Assembly (NCBI GenBank): GCA_000320545.1 | Contig: ADNK01003182.1 | Location: 1-40,457 of the forward strand | Direction of reading: 5' to 3' | Origin: Bigelowiella natans CCMP2755 | Lineage: Eukaryota > Protista > Cercozoa | Length of the DNA stretch: 40,457 bases | Shown: positions 1 through 13,257 of the stretch, piece by piece | How positions within the stretch are numbered: position 1 is the first letter of the stretch | How the letters are laid out: every line of letters begins with the position of its first letter | The notes under the pieces: generated by a model | The model's input: the letters and a program-made list of their open reading frames with translations, nothing else | Database searches by the model: none | What the model was told of the DNA's origin: nothing | Program-made: the position numbers and the translations under genes

Positions 1-860
1 CTAGAGGCTCTTAAATGGTATCAAAAGTCCGTGGCAGCTAAGCCCTCGGAAGCTGCTCTGACGAACAGTGCATTGATGCAGCTCAAGTTCAATCGTTATG
101 AGGTTGCAAAGCAGCAGTAGTAGTAATAGTGGTAGTAGAGACTAGGCTGCTTCTAATAAACATAAGGAACTTATATTCTTCCATCATCATCTCCTTGATG
201 ATATTGCTCCTGTGTCTAATAGGAGGCCGAAAGCTCTTGTACAGAGGCGTTATCTTTGAATCCGCAATCAGCTAAAGCATTCATGAGAAGGGGCTTGGCG
301 AAGAAAGGGCTGGAGAGGTACCGCAGCAGCAGTAGAGAAGCAGCTATTTTACACGTCTAGACGCAATTTTTGAACAACCAATTTGAGCGTTGTATTAGAG
401 CTATTAACTGAGAAAATCAGATCACTGCATCATCATCATCATCATCATCATCATCATTATCGTTACATCATCAATACCGAATGATGATGATAGTGTGGTA
501 GTGGTGGTGGATATATAGGTGATTACGATGATAGTGATGGTTCTTGTGTGTATTTTTTTTAGGTATAGCGAAGCCATTGAGGACCTGGAAAAGGCGCTTA
601 AATTAGTTGATCCTAAGCATCAAAAGCAGGTTTGAAGTATTATTGAATTATGACCATTACCACCACCATCCTTCTATGCTGCACGAGCTTCCTCCTTCAC
701 GGTTGAGAATACTAAGCTGGGATCTCCTTCCTCCTCCTCCTCCTCCTCCTCCTCCTCCTCCCCCTCCTCCTCTTCCTCCCTCCTGCGAGAAGTTGATTGA
801 TTTCATCATTCCATGCCTAGCTTGGTAGTAGTTTCAAAGTGATAGAATTTCAGGAAGATT

Positions 861-905
<45 letters not shown>

Positions 906-1630
906 CCCTTCCTGAAAATGTACGCACGGGCAGGTTCAAAAACATCTAGACGCATGTGAGAAAGAAAGAGCGGCCAAAGGGGGGAAGATAAGAACAACGA
1001 GCAAGGAGGGGGCAGTACCGAGTAAACAAACAAACAAGAAGGCTCCTTCTTCGTCGAGCACTCGCCTCCAGATTATTGAGGATGATGATGATGATGATGA
1101 TGACACCGAAGATGACGAAGAAGAAAAAGGAGGCAATCATCAGAGCACACAGGCCGTCAGGCCCACTGCTCGTAGCACTACGAGATTAAGCATCCAAGAA
1201 GTTGATGATGACGAGGAGGAAGAGGAGGAAGGGGAAGCAGAGGACAGGAAAGAGCAGCGACAACATAAACAAGACGTCATTCCCCCAGAAATCGCTGCGG
1301 CTCTCCAAGAGGCAAACGACCGTAAATCGGAAGCTTCCAAGTTGTACAAGCAGAGCCAGTACGATCAAGCCGTGAAGATACTGAAAAGCGCTGCTGTGAA
1401 GCTGCAGAAGCATCATGGCCCCAATCAGCATTCAGAAGTTGTTCAAACAACCATAGCCAACTTACTCGGCACCTTGCACGCAAATTGTGCGGCATGTTAT
1501 GGCCAATCCAACCGCTATGACGAAGCTGTGAACGCTGCAACGCTTGCCGTTGAGTCCGCACCGAAGTCGCCATCGAAGCCAAAATGGCTTCTCCGTCGTG
1601 GGCAAGCCTACGAGGTAGTAGTTGAACTAG

Positions 1631-1671
<41 letters not shown>

Positions 1672-1782
1672 AGGGGGCAGGGGCGGGATTAAACTATTGA
1701 TCTAGCGGGTTTAAACTTTTGATCTACAAAAAGGCAGCTGGAAAACTCGTAATACCGTTGTAAGTTGTCAGTGGTATTCGTG

Positions 1783-1817
<35 letters not shown>

Positions 1818-2284
1818 TATCACTCCTTCTAAGGCACTGGATAGGCATTTCGAAGCACTGGAAGACATGATCAAAGTGCAGCAAATGGGTTGTTGTTGTT
1901 AGTAGTAGCAGTAATCATAAAACACTATCCTTTCAAAACCTTAAATGAGGAGAAGAAGAGAATGGCAGCAGCGCTATACAGATGCTACCACGACGTTGTG
2001 TTTTTCCTTCAGTAAACAAAATAAATGATGAGCAAATAACAATGCAGGAACCGGCAGCGTCATCGCCTCCAAGGCTCTCCCGCGCCTGAGAGCTGCGTGC
2101 AGGTCCGAGAATTCAGGAAGGATTCTCGCTGAAAAACGACGGGGGAATGCTTACTTCAAACAGAAGAATTATGGATTAGCAGCTAAGTCCTACTCTCTTG
2201 CTATAAGGTGAGGCTGCTGCTGCTGTCGGGGAAGCACACGCTGATGATGCTGCTGATGATGATGAATCATTCGTGAGAACAGCA

Positions 2285-2320
<36 letters not shown>

Positions 2321-4040
2321 TCCATCATCATCGTCGTCGTCATCGTCACCATCATCACCATCATCATCATCATCACCATCATCATCACAGGTTAGCAATA
2401 TCGCCTTACTCCAAGTTCAATGACGCCGACACAACATCGAAGCTGTACACAAATCTAGCCCTTGCAAACTTAAATGCAGGACGTTTCCACGAAGCAGAGC
2501 AGGTCACATGGATTTCCCCTTTTTATGATTTTTAAGCAGCCGCTAGCGTGGTTGGCTACAATCTGCACAAAACACAAAATATCGTTAGGTTCATCATCAT
2601 CCTCACCATTAATTATGATATTATCTGCCATCCTATCCCTCCCCCTCAGGCCTGTACCTCGGTCCTTGCTTTGCCAGGAGGAGATCAGCCGAATATTTCT
2701 GCTCTGCGAAGGAGAGCAATGGCGTTCAAAGCCATGAACGATCCCCAAAAAGCATTGAGCGATCTTACTGCAGCGGAGCAGGCCTTAGAATCAAAACTGC
2801 AGCAGATTGAGAAGGATAATGCGAGCAGCAATCAAAAGCAAAAACTGCAAAAACTGTTATCGGCAACAAGAAAGGAGATCGAAGTGCTCTCATCCTCGTC
2901 GTCATCATCATCATCATCATCATCATCACCACCATCGTCGTCCTCGAAACAGGATGAGAAGAAGCGCGCCATCATCGATAAAAATAGCGCTGCATCATCA
3001 CCCCCATCGCAAACACCGGCAGCAGCAGCAGCAGCAGCAGCCAAAATGTCTACAATTAAAGATGCGCAACCACGATCAGTGACAAATAAGGTAGTAGATG
3101 GAAGCACGAAGAAGAAAGACCCAACCTCCTCCTCCCCCTCCCTGAAGAATGTAAAGAAGACTGAGAAGGAACAGAAGAAGAAGAAGGCCAACGATAGCAA
3201 GGTTGCGACGGCTAAAAAGGGCAAGAGAAAAAGCTTGGAGTACGGTGAAATAGAAAAAATAAGCAGGGAGCAACTTCGAGACATGCTGACTGTTCCGAAA
3301 TCCAGCCTTTCTGCAAACAATACTCTAAAAGCCATCATGCACGATATATCATTGGTCGGTGAATGGCTACATATGGTGGGTAGTAGTAGTAGTAGTAGTA
3401 GTAGTAGCAGTAGTAGCAGTAGTAGAAGTAGTGGTAGTAATCGTGCACGAATAGACTTGCCACTCACGCCTCCTCCTCTTTCTCCTCTCCAATCACGACG
3501 CACGTCATGTGTTGTGCACACAAACCAGATGAGCGAGTATAGTGTAGTGTGAAATAGCCCCCACGCATTAGTTCTACGCAAGTAAGAGCTGACGACCCTA
3601 TTTTTCCTTTTTCTTCTTTTGCCTTGTCCACTTCTCCTTCTTCCTCTTTTTGTGACACTTCTCGTTCTTGCTACTACAACCCGTCTCCTGGCAGGTATCT
3701 CCAAAGAAATTGTTCAAACTCTTCAAGTCGGCAGGGTATTGTACCAATGTATAATAAAAGTGATAGAGGGAAGTCAGTCGTGGTGTGTAAGTTGCTTATC
3801 AGCTTATTCGCCTAGGCAAGACGTTCGTCACTGATTAACACATGATGATGGTGGTGATGATGATGGTGATGGTGATGGTGATGATGATGATGATGTGATG
3901 ACTCAGTTCACTAAGCCAAGACCAGCTTTGTGCCATTATTCGCGCGTTATCTAAATATGTCGCAACGAAAGACCCTGAGAGAGCATTGCAGGTAGTAGAC
4001 GTAGCTCTAAAACGTAGTATATATCGATGTACGCGCGTAA

Positions 4041-4088
<48 letters not shown>

Positions 4089-4134
4089 GGAATTCCCCAA
4101 CATTACTCAACATATTTACTCAACCAATATATAA

Positions 4135-4172
<38 letters not shown>

Positions 4173-4414
4173 CAAAATTACAACTAAGTTGTAGACACAG
4201 AGAAGTTCTTCCTTCACCATCCTCTTCTTCCTCTCCATCATCTTCATAACCCGTCTCATCCAGTGCTTTTGCAATTGGAGGATAGCGTCTGTGTAGTAGT
4301 ATTTTGAATGTGCTATATTGTTACTGCACCTTCAAGGCTCTGAAATACCTCGCCAAAACCGGGAGATTCGGTCTTAATATAGCGATGGTTGATGAGGAGA
4401 CAGAAGAGGTATGG

Positions 4415-4454
<40 letters not shown>

Positions 4455-4606
4455 GTGATAATAAAGTTTTGCTATGAATGTGGCCTACAGTTCTGATATA
4501 TTTAATACCATTCGAACAGGCAATTCAGCAAGTATTTGATTTCCTGGAAAAGCAGGACAATTTAGATTCGGTTCAAGTTCAGTCCATTAAAGACCTTTAT
4601 GTTTAG
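1..4606 (+). CDS. SPAG1/RPAP3-like co-chaperone: three TPR clusters plus C-terminal RPAP3_C domain (5'-partial, ~12-14 exons)
   Basis: Spliced exons (approx. 1-102, 223-317, 563-628, 934-1614, 1834-1888, 2048-2207, 2390-2502, 2650-3354, 3695-3735, 3907-3991, 4337-4408, 4520-4606) give TPR repeats (ALTNSALMQLKFNRYEEAESSCTEALSLNPQSAKAFMRRGLA; KRRGNAYFKQKNYGLAAKSYSLAI; LYTNLALANLNAGRFHEAEQAC). The C-terminus (VSPKKLFKLFKS...ALKYLAKTGRFGLNIAMVDEETEEAIQQVFDFL...IKDLYV*) matches the RPAP3_C pattern. Stop TAG at 4604-4606. Splicing in 3355-3694 is unresolved. Confidence 0.85.
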
Positions 4607-5599
4607 CGCCAATCCGCCATGCAATTGATATATCGTGTGTGTGTGCGTGTGTGTGCGTGGGCAACTTCTGAGCAGCAAAGAGCATGTCCAAGTCATTCTG
4701 TAATCGAGCATAGGTCTTAAAGTTCGTGTCAGCCATGTACAAGATGTACACAACTTAGATAAAGATGATTATCTGTGAAGCATGTGACTCCACTTAGGCC
4801 TTGTGTGAGCGCAACAATTGCGTGCGATGCCTGCGCCTGATGAAAATCACATAAACTTCAACATGATCAACGGATGCAATGCAGCATCGCACCTCCTAGC
4901 TAGCTAGAGCACACGCTAACACGGCAAAGCTGGAGAGCTAGGTAGGCGGCCAGTATCGCCGTACGTGCTAGCGTGTACAGTCATCTAGGTAGCTAGCTCT
5001 AGAGCTAGGTCATGTACATGCGTTGCATGCATCGACGCGGCCATGTACGTAGACTATGTAAATGTACGCTGTAAATGTACGCTGTAAATGTACGCTCATT
5101 ACATGCATGCCTGCTATATGTGCTACTTAGCGTCCTGAAATCAGCTCTGTGCAATGCACATTTACTCCACTCGACCACGCGACTTGTCGCGAGGCCAGGG
5201 CATGCACTATGATGATTTATCGAGGCACAGTTTCGGACTACTAGTGGCAAGAGAATTTAATGACTACAAATAAGTTTCGTTCCATATAAATAATAATAGA
5301 TGTAATTTTGTTCCTAGATTTGATCGACGACCGCAGTAAAACAGAGGAAACCATTTTGCTTTATTATATAGTCATCATCGTCTAATGATCTATATAATGA
5401 CTGGCACAGATTGATTTGTGTGCATATTATTACCCCAATTTGCCGCTACAATTGCCACTAGTAGTAGATCAGAGCAACCATGAATAATCTAAGATACTAA
5501 ATTCAAGTCTAGCATGTCCTTATTAATTGTTTTATCGTCATCAGTCTTATGGCAAGAAGCGCGGCTTTTGAAGACAATTCTATCAGGTTAGTCTTTCAG
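4607..5599. other. Convergent (tail-to-tail) intergenic spacer 1, CTAG/palindrome-rich
   Basis: 993 bp between two stop codons. 13 CTAG by hand count, a 16-bp palindrome CTAGCTCTAGAGCTAG at 4993-5008, and many TGCA/CATG/ACGT/GCTAGC. Confidence 0.75.
5057..5095. repeat. 13-bp tandem repeat x3 (TGTAAATGTACGC)
   Basis: Three exact copies at 5057, 5070 and 5083. Confidence 0.9.
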
Positions 5600-6198
5600 T
5601 TAGAGTCCTTTGGCTCGCGATTTTTATCCGCTGTTTTCTGCTTCGTCGTACTACTCATGGACCTATTTGCTTGCGCTTTCTGTTTGTAGGTTAGAATAAT
5701 TATCTCTCAAATTTAGCGTGAGCAACCATAACTACTCCTAGCAGAAAAATTGCAATGATAGGTAGTTCTTGCTGCTGTTGTTGCTGTTGTTATTGTTGTT
5801 TTGCCTGCTTCCCCTTCCCTTGTATTTCCTCTACTACTATTCTCATTACCAATCTTTGGGGCCATTCAAGTTTAGAAGCTGGCAACGACCTGTGAGTAGT
5901 TTGATTACAGTGATAGAGAAGAACGATGATGACGATGTTGATGATCAGATATATGCAATCCAACCACATCGCGATCTACTTTGTTCTTCCTCCCCTCCCT
6001 CCTCCCCTTCTAAACATTCAATATATTATCATTTTTATTTTTATGTCCTCTACTTGAGTTTCTTCTCTTCCTCCGGAGGTAATGGCCTTCCTACGATTTG
6101 TATGATACTCCCGCATACGCTACAGCAGTACATTTTCGCCACATTCCTAGCATGGCCGCTTAGAACCTGATTTGTCACCGAGGTTGGCAATACATTTA

Positions 6199-6236
<38 letters not shown>

Positions 6237-8210
6237 TTCTGTGAAATTATCATGTTACTGGCGGAGGATGACATTGCTGTCCCTCTGTTTTCCTGCTTGC
6301 TATCACATCATGACAATATGTATTATTTTTATTTTTACTTCTATTACTACTACCTTCAACTGCTGCCTCTTCTTCTGGAGATACATGAAGACGTCTGCTA
6401 GCTTCGACTGCAGAGACAATTAACGTCAGATGTAGTAGGTATTCAGAAGAAAAAGATTGATGATGTAGTTTTTGGTGGTAACATAGAGGTGTTGCTCTGC
6501 TCATTATCCAGCTATTGGTTCCCTTAAGGAACGAAGGGAGTGAGAGGAGCGAAAAGAAGAAAGTAGGAACGTACATACAGAGAAAGAGGGGAGAGGGGGG
6601 AGGCCAGCAATGACAGCTATTACAACCTGTCTTGCAGGGATTTGAGAGAATTTTTGTAGACGTTTAAGAGCCTTAAGCACGAGTTTCTGGTCGGTCTCGA
6701 TCTTCTTCATCTCCGACACAATCTTCTCTCTGAATTTTGTTGATCATCATCACCAGACGAAAGTGAACTTGGGGCGAAGTTGCCGAGATAGATGTAAAGC
6801 ATATCCGCAACAAGCAGTAACACAAGAAGTTTACATATACGTGGTGAAATTAGTAGTACGACAATAACCTAATAATATCAGCTTGTTGCGTAGCTTTCGC
6901 AGTTCCTTCCTCCCCTCCTAAAATCTCTACCCATCGATCTTTCTCCTCCAGCTTTTCAAGTTTGTTGGGTTCGATCCTGCCGTTTTTCACCATTATCATC
7001 ATCATCGCCATCATCATCAACAATCACTGCCGCTACTACTACTACTATTACAACCATAAACGTCTAATATTATAGGTAATTATTCTATATGTGGTACATC
7101 ATAAACAGGTGCAGTTTACCAGAGGAGCGCTCCGATGAGGGCCAGAAGAGGCTCAGGCTTTACAGGGGGTGTGATCTTCACATCAGTAATCCGCACTGCA
7201 TTGCATCCCTACACAATATAAAGGGGGAAATGGAAGAAGAAGAAAAAGAAGAAGAAGAGTGACGATGAGGAACGATGCTTCTATTTCTAATAAAAGCAAC
7301 GCTGATATCATCACTAAGATCATTTGGCGACACAAAGTTAAAAGATGAAGCCAAACGCGACAGCTACGGTCGTAAAACCGAACAAATAAACTGCATCACC
7401 TCTGGGTAGCTTCGGTTCGATTCTCCTTCACTTGAAGCGGTGTTTTCTATTGACATGTTGCCGCTCAAACCTGCCTCAGAGAATTGTTTCTTGAAAGCCG
7501 CGACGGCTGCCTGTGCCTGATTATGATCATAATGTTAGTAATGATAATAGCATCGCGCCAAGTCCTCGCCAACAACTAACCTGTTTCTTGGTGTTGGTTA
7601 CTAGTTCGATTCGAACATCGTCGCTCCCGAGCCAGAGCTGAGATTTAAAGATTCATAACCAAAAAGAACTCTCAACAGAGGAAAGCAATGAGAGAATGGG
7701 AATACTTGCGAGACTATCTCCCCAGTATGAGCGAACTAACAACAAACCCAAATTATAATTACCTTGTCAAATAGCAGCTGAGGGCTGTTAAAGAGCTGAC
7801 AGCGATGGTCTAATATGGGGTTTTCCTTGTAGCAAACGATACAGCAAATCGGGTAAATACAACGACGGTATTAACAGCAGGCAGATAACTCCACCAAAAC
7901 AGCACTGGCGGCGTTGGGTATCAAAATATATGTTTGCATCTTTGAGGTGAAAGTGTGCAATACCGATTTGATTCCCTTCCTGAGATTCATATCGATGAGG
8001 TTTTCATAAAGGACTGCACGGCAACAATGGTGACAAAACAAATCAAGCAGATTATTCCTGGTTAACAAAAAAGAAAGAGGAAGATGGCATCTTTCAAAGG
8101 GAAGACAATCGATTTGTTGTCATACTTATATTCCGTTTCGCATCCTTTGCCTCACTTGTAAGACCGTCAGATTTACCCGACGGAACTTCCTTCGTCGTGG
8201 GGTCCGACAT
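5600..8210 (-). CDS. Hypothetical multi-exon protein (~330 aa, ~13 exons), no recognisable family
   Basis: ATG at 8210 (MSDPTTKEVPSGK...). Phase-consistent GT-AG exons give ENPILDHRCQLFNSPQLLFDK/FAHTGEIVSQ/LWLGSDDVRIELV..., EKIVSEMKKIETDQKLVLKALKRLQKF, VLSGHARNVAKMYCCSVCGSIIQIVG and ...KNREPKDS*. Stop TAA at 5602-5600. Confidence 0.7.
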
Positions 8211-8883
8211 CTACGCAGGAATAGGTTCAGTCCTTATGAGAGATCATGAGATCTGCAATGCTCATAAAATTTTTATAACTTTATATTCTTTGAAATTAAG
8301 TTAACGTTGAGGGGTGAACGCTTGAAAGCGCTGGAGAGGGGAGACGCATTAAGATTACCACGATGATAGGCAGCTGCTTCCTCGCTTCGGGAAATGAAGT
8401 CAATCAGTGAATCACAGGAGAGTCTCGGAAATAATGAATCACAGGAAAATCTCGGGACTCTTTCTGCGTCTTCCAACTCCTTATAAAATGACCCTGCATG
8501 TTCGAAAGAACCAGCCCAATTTTACGCATAAATAGGATTTTATTTACGTCTAAGGATATAAACCGCTTGTATATTACGGTTTTCTCTCATGTCGTAATCT
8601 ATGTTGTGGCTGAAAGAATCTCATCCTGGCTACCTTCGAAAAGCTTGAGAAGGAATCTGAGAAAGTTCACCCACCACGTACGGAGCAGCTAACCGCTGAA
8701 TAAAAAAATGATAGAGAGTAGTATGATGCAAAGAAGGGAGCAAGAGCTATATTTTATACGCGCTGATGTTTTGAAACAGTTTTGAGAGCGTTTGCTGTAT
8801 TGTTCATAGCAATTAAGTCTAGATAAGGAGCAAAAACTGAGAAGCGATATCATCCCTGATCAATAACATTTCTCAGCTTCAAC
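8211..8883. promoter_or_regulatory. Putative bidirectional promoter 1
   Basis: 673 bp between divergent ATGs (8210 -, 8884 +). Free of microsatellites; contains a duplicated TGAATCACAGGA..TCTCGG unit and CGTACG at 8677. Confidence 0.55.
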
Positions 8884-11800
8884 ATGGCTCAGCGCCGACT
8901 GGGGAGATATGACGTTAGAATCTATCAAATTTCATGTGAAGATCTAGTGGGAAAGGACAGGAGTGGGAAAAGCGACCCCTATGTTAAGTTTGACTTCGAT
9001 AAGTACAGGAAATTCAACACCCCGGTATGCTATTCGAGAGCAACAGCAATCTCAACGTTGGTGTTCTTAGATTCAATATGGATGTAGGTTTTGCGGAAGA
9101 CTCTAAATCCATCGTGGGATACGGATGAGTCCTTTAAGTATGCAACACAATACCCTGATCGGCTTATGTACAAGCACCTCCTCATCACCGTCCAAGACAA
9201 GGTGAGCTACTAACTGTCTGAGTTTCAAAAGAACTCTATCGATGGTTGTGACTCTTGTAAATATCAGGATTTTTGGGGAAAGGACTACATTGGAAGTGTG
9301 AAAGTGGACCTTCACACCCTGCTCACGGGGCCGGTGCTTCCTAAAGAATCCTCAACGTTTCATCATGATGTTAACATGTATGGTGGGTATTTAGGTTTGT
9401 CACAACCTCACAATCAACAATAAGGGGGAGCCAGCTGGACGCATTAAGTTTAAGGTATTATCTTCCACTCATCCACCTTCATTGCCGGCAAGATACTCGG
9501 CCATGAGCCCTGTTTTTCCAATATCCTCAACTAATCATCGCAATTTTCACCTCAGCTCGAGATGACAGAGATTGTGAACTTCAAAGTTAAATTCAAGTCT
9601 GCGGGTCTCACAGGCCTTCCTCGTATAAAGTAGTATCACCATTAAAAAAGAATCTGATTTCGCGTAAAGTTTTTGCTACGTTTTTGTCTTTTGCTACGCA
9701 TTCTCTCGTGAAATCATCATCTGAAACCAATCTGCACGTAGCGGACGGGAGCCTTCGACTAGCCTTCACTTTTCCACGGATGTAACTGAACATAAGCTGT
9801 CGGTGACTACGCAAGTGCAAAATGAGACCAGCAATCCAGAGTGGCTACGAGTTGAGCAACTGCGTTTCAACACGCATTTACGAGAGCTTTTCAACACCCA
9901 ACTTAGGGTACTACAGTGCTACTTTCACTTGTTTTACCTTTTTGCCTTTATCTTCGAAATCGCTTCTATCGGCCCCAAGCGATAGGGGGACAGGAATTGT
10001 GGGGGGCGGGGGGGTGGTAATTTCATCTCCGTGTAGTTGCAATCGTGACTACTCCTTTACCCGGACGTTGTATTAATACTATCAGATGGAAGTGCTGGAG
10101 AGTGGACACGTGATCGGATCTGCCAAGATCCCATTCAGACTCAACTACCCGTAATATTCTTCATTTCAAAAAATAACAGAGAGGGGAAGTACGTTAATGA
10201 ACGAAGTTGAAAAATCTTGGCAGTTTTTTTTGAATACCACAACTGATGGAACAGGATGTGGCATGCTGTTTATGCTGGGCTAGTAGTTGTATTCGGATGT
10301 TCTTCTTCTTCTCTTCTTCTTCTTCTTCTCTCCTGGGCGTATACATACTAAATATATTATTGTCTCCGTGCATGAATAAATGAGTTTGGTGGTGAGGAGA
10401 GATTGTTGGTTTTAGGAAAAGGGTCGGCGACGATGTACGAATCCAAGCAGATGTTGTGGTAGTAGCAGTATTAGTAAGTAATAAGAGTAGCAATGCCCAT
10501 CACAATGCCACCGATTGGCGAATTGCCTCTCACCATTTTGCGCACTCCTCCATTCACGATTTGTGCAATGTCCGGGTGGTCTCCGTACATCATTACATTA
10601 TTTGCCCATTGTCGAGGGCGTGGTCGTTGTCCCAACGAAATTACTGACAGCATTATATATACCGCCCATCCATCCTTTGGCGGTGGTTGTTTCAGATGAA
10701 TGATGGTTCGCGAGGGGTGAAATTCGACGCAATCGTGTACTACAAGGAGTTTCCAACAACGGCTCACATGGTTGGGGGGGAGCACACTGACAACGGCATC
10801 ATCTATGCGCAATACTTCCACCCCATAGTCGATAGGCCTAAATACTGTAAAGTGGTGAGTTCTCTCCCCCCCCCCCCTTCCCCCTCTCCCTCTCTCCCTG
10901 CTCCCTTATTCTAGTGATAGGGGTAGGTGCTGTTCGGGGGAGTCACATTGCAACAGGAAGTGCGAATGTGGTAGTCTCTACTGCACCCGTGTTGAGGAAG
11001 ACGATGTCAAGAGGAGGAGGAGGAGGAGGAGGAGGAGGCGGGGTCAGTGTCGGGGGAGGGGCAAGACCAGCAGCAGTTGTGCAACCTGTAGTGTCAGGGC
11101 AAGTGCTCACAGGGACGATTGTGACCAGTGCAGCTCCCAGGTACTAGTACTACTAGTAGTGGTAGTAGTAGTAGTAGTAGTAGTAGTAGTAAATCGCCGA
11201 CTACTACTTCACCCCTAGCAGGAACATAAAACAAGAAGCCCATGAACGTGTTTTTCCAACTGCTGTCAAAGAGAGAGCATTGTAGTAATAGTAGTAATAA
11301 TAGTGATAGTGCCACGCTATTTTCCTGTTCGGCTGCTGCCAACAGCTCTGAATCTTCCTCCCCGTTGTTGTCCCCCATCATCTCATTTCTCGCTATTTCA
11401 CACTTTATCCTTCACTAACCCCTCCTCCTCCTCCTCCCCCTCCTCCTCCTCCTCCTTGTAACATCTAACAGAGTGATAAGTTCTGCTCCTGCTGCAGTAA
11501 CTGTACAGCCTACCGTTGTGACAACTGCAACGCCAACAAGCTATCTTAACCAGGTGTTTGTAGTAGTAGTAGTTGTTGTTGTTGAACAAGTCATTATCCC
11601 CCCTCCCCCTCTGTTTGCACGTGCCCTTGCCGTCCACAGACTATTCATGAAATATCTGTAGTCTCACGGCTGATACAGACGCTTACAATAATTAACAAGT
11701 GATCATGAGCCATATGGAATTATCTGCTGCTGCGGTCGCTCCAAACTCACCCAGTCTCTCTCTATCTCTCCCTCTCTCTCTATCTGTCTTTCATGATATT

Positions 11801-12906
11801 CATTATTACTACTACTACTATTAGTTACATCCGGCGGATCGAGAAAGGACCATCAGAATGGGCCTTCCGGTTAGCTGCTGCTACTGCTGCTGCTGTTTGA
11901 GCAAATTAGTGCATGAGACGTACGCATGATGGCAATGATGATAATATGTGGTGGTGATATACCAATGTGAATTCTTGCGATGTGGTGTAAGAACACTCTT
12001 ATAATAAACAAACAACCCCATTCTATTTTTACCTCGCATCATCATCAGCCCTCCCTTCCACACTCACACACATACACGCAGGCACCGTGGACTGCCATGT
12101 AGCCCCAAAACGCCGTCCTTACTATGTCAACCACGTCACGAAGAAGACGCAATGGATTCCGGTGTTATGCTGCTGCTAATATTAAATGATCATAATCATG
12201 ATGATGATGATAATGATGATGATGGTGCTGCTGCTGCTGCTTCGTGGGCTGCTTGTTTCATTATGCCTATGAAAACAACAACAAGAACAACAACCACAAC
12301 CACAACGACAAGCGACACATTTTTGCTCATATTTTCCCCAATCTCCAGAAAGACCGGAGAAAATGCATACCCCTCAAACTTCTACCATTAATAATAATAA
12401 TAGTGTTAATATTATTCCATCTCTTTTTCCTGATATACGTCCAGCCAACAGTGCGGCAGCAGCAGCAGCCGAAGCCTCATCAGCCGGCGAATGTTCAGGT
12501 TGTGTGCGCGTATAATTACCATAATTACCACCATCACCACCACCACCACCAACAACAACAACATTGTCAAAACCATCACTCTTACACCGCCATTTTATGC
12601 AGCTGTACGGCCAGTCTTTACATCAAGCAAACTTCGTTAATCGCCAACCCGCTGTACCTGTCGCGGTAAGAATGAATGATGACAATGTGTGGTGAATCCC
12701 CACGCAGCTATACATATACAACACAAGCTAGCTAGTACCTACGACGAACGAATCAACGAATATAAATCAAGCAATCGATGGATGAAAAGAAGACAATGAG
12801 GATATGCAAATACCACACGGCTGCTCCACCTACACGCAGATATCTCTGTTATTATTGTTGTTGTTGTTGTTGTTGTTGTTGTCATCGTTTTGTGAGAGAG
12901 ATTCCG

Positions 12907-12938
<32 letters not shown>

Positions 12939-13226
12939 CGTAATGCCACAAACCATGATTGTAATCCATATCCGTACTATTTCTACTATTTCTACTATTA
13001 TTACTACTACTACTACTACTACTACCTACTACAGCGTCCTATACATCAGCCAAGGCAGCAGCCGATGGTACATCAAGTGACCCATACCATGGCCTCGATG
13101 CAACTCGCAAAGAAGTAAGAACGAATCACGACGTGGTGGTGATAATGATGATGACCATGAAGATGGCGATACTGATGATAATGATGATTATAATATGATG
13201 TGGTCACGAGTAGAATGATGATGATG

Positions 13227-13257
<31 letters not shown>

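Noticed and set aside
2832-3704. 290-aa minus-strand ORF
   Set aside because: Antisense shadow of the long TPR-gene exon plus microsatellite-derived homopolymers; no domain signal.
5057-5095. CRISPR-like array
   Set aside because: Head-to-tail 13-mers without spacers, in a eukaryotic context with no cas genes.
4607-5599. Convergent spacers as MITEs/Helitrons or structured ncRNA genes
   Set aside because: No terminal inverted repeats, target-site duplications or extended similarity between spacers were visible. CTAG is scattered throughout rather than terminal as in Helitrons.
8884-9910. Promoter-proximal introns short and microsatellite-free
   Set aside because: True for the orphan, C2-WW-UBA, TOM1-like and Rab1 genes, but the JmjC and IST1 genes have repeats within ~200 bp of the ATG, so it is not a consistent rule.
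12100-12102. Stop-codon reassignment (in-frame TAG)
   Set aside because: Read-through alone does not restore the WW frame, and TAA, TAG and TGA all serve as normal stops in other genes here.
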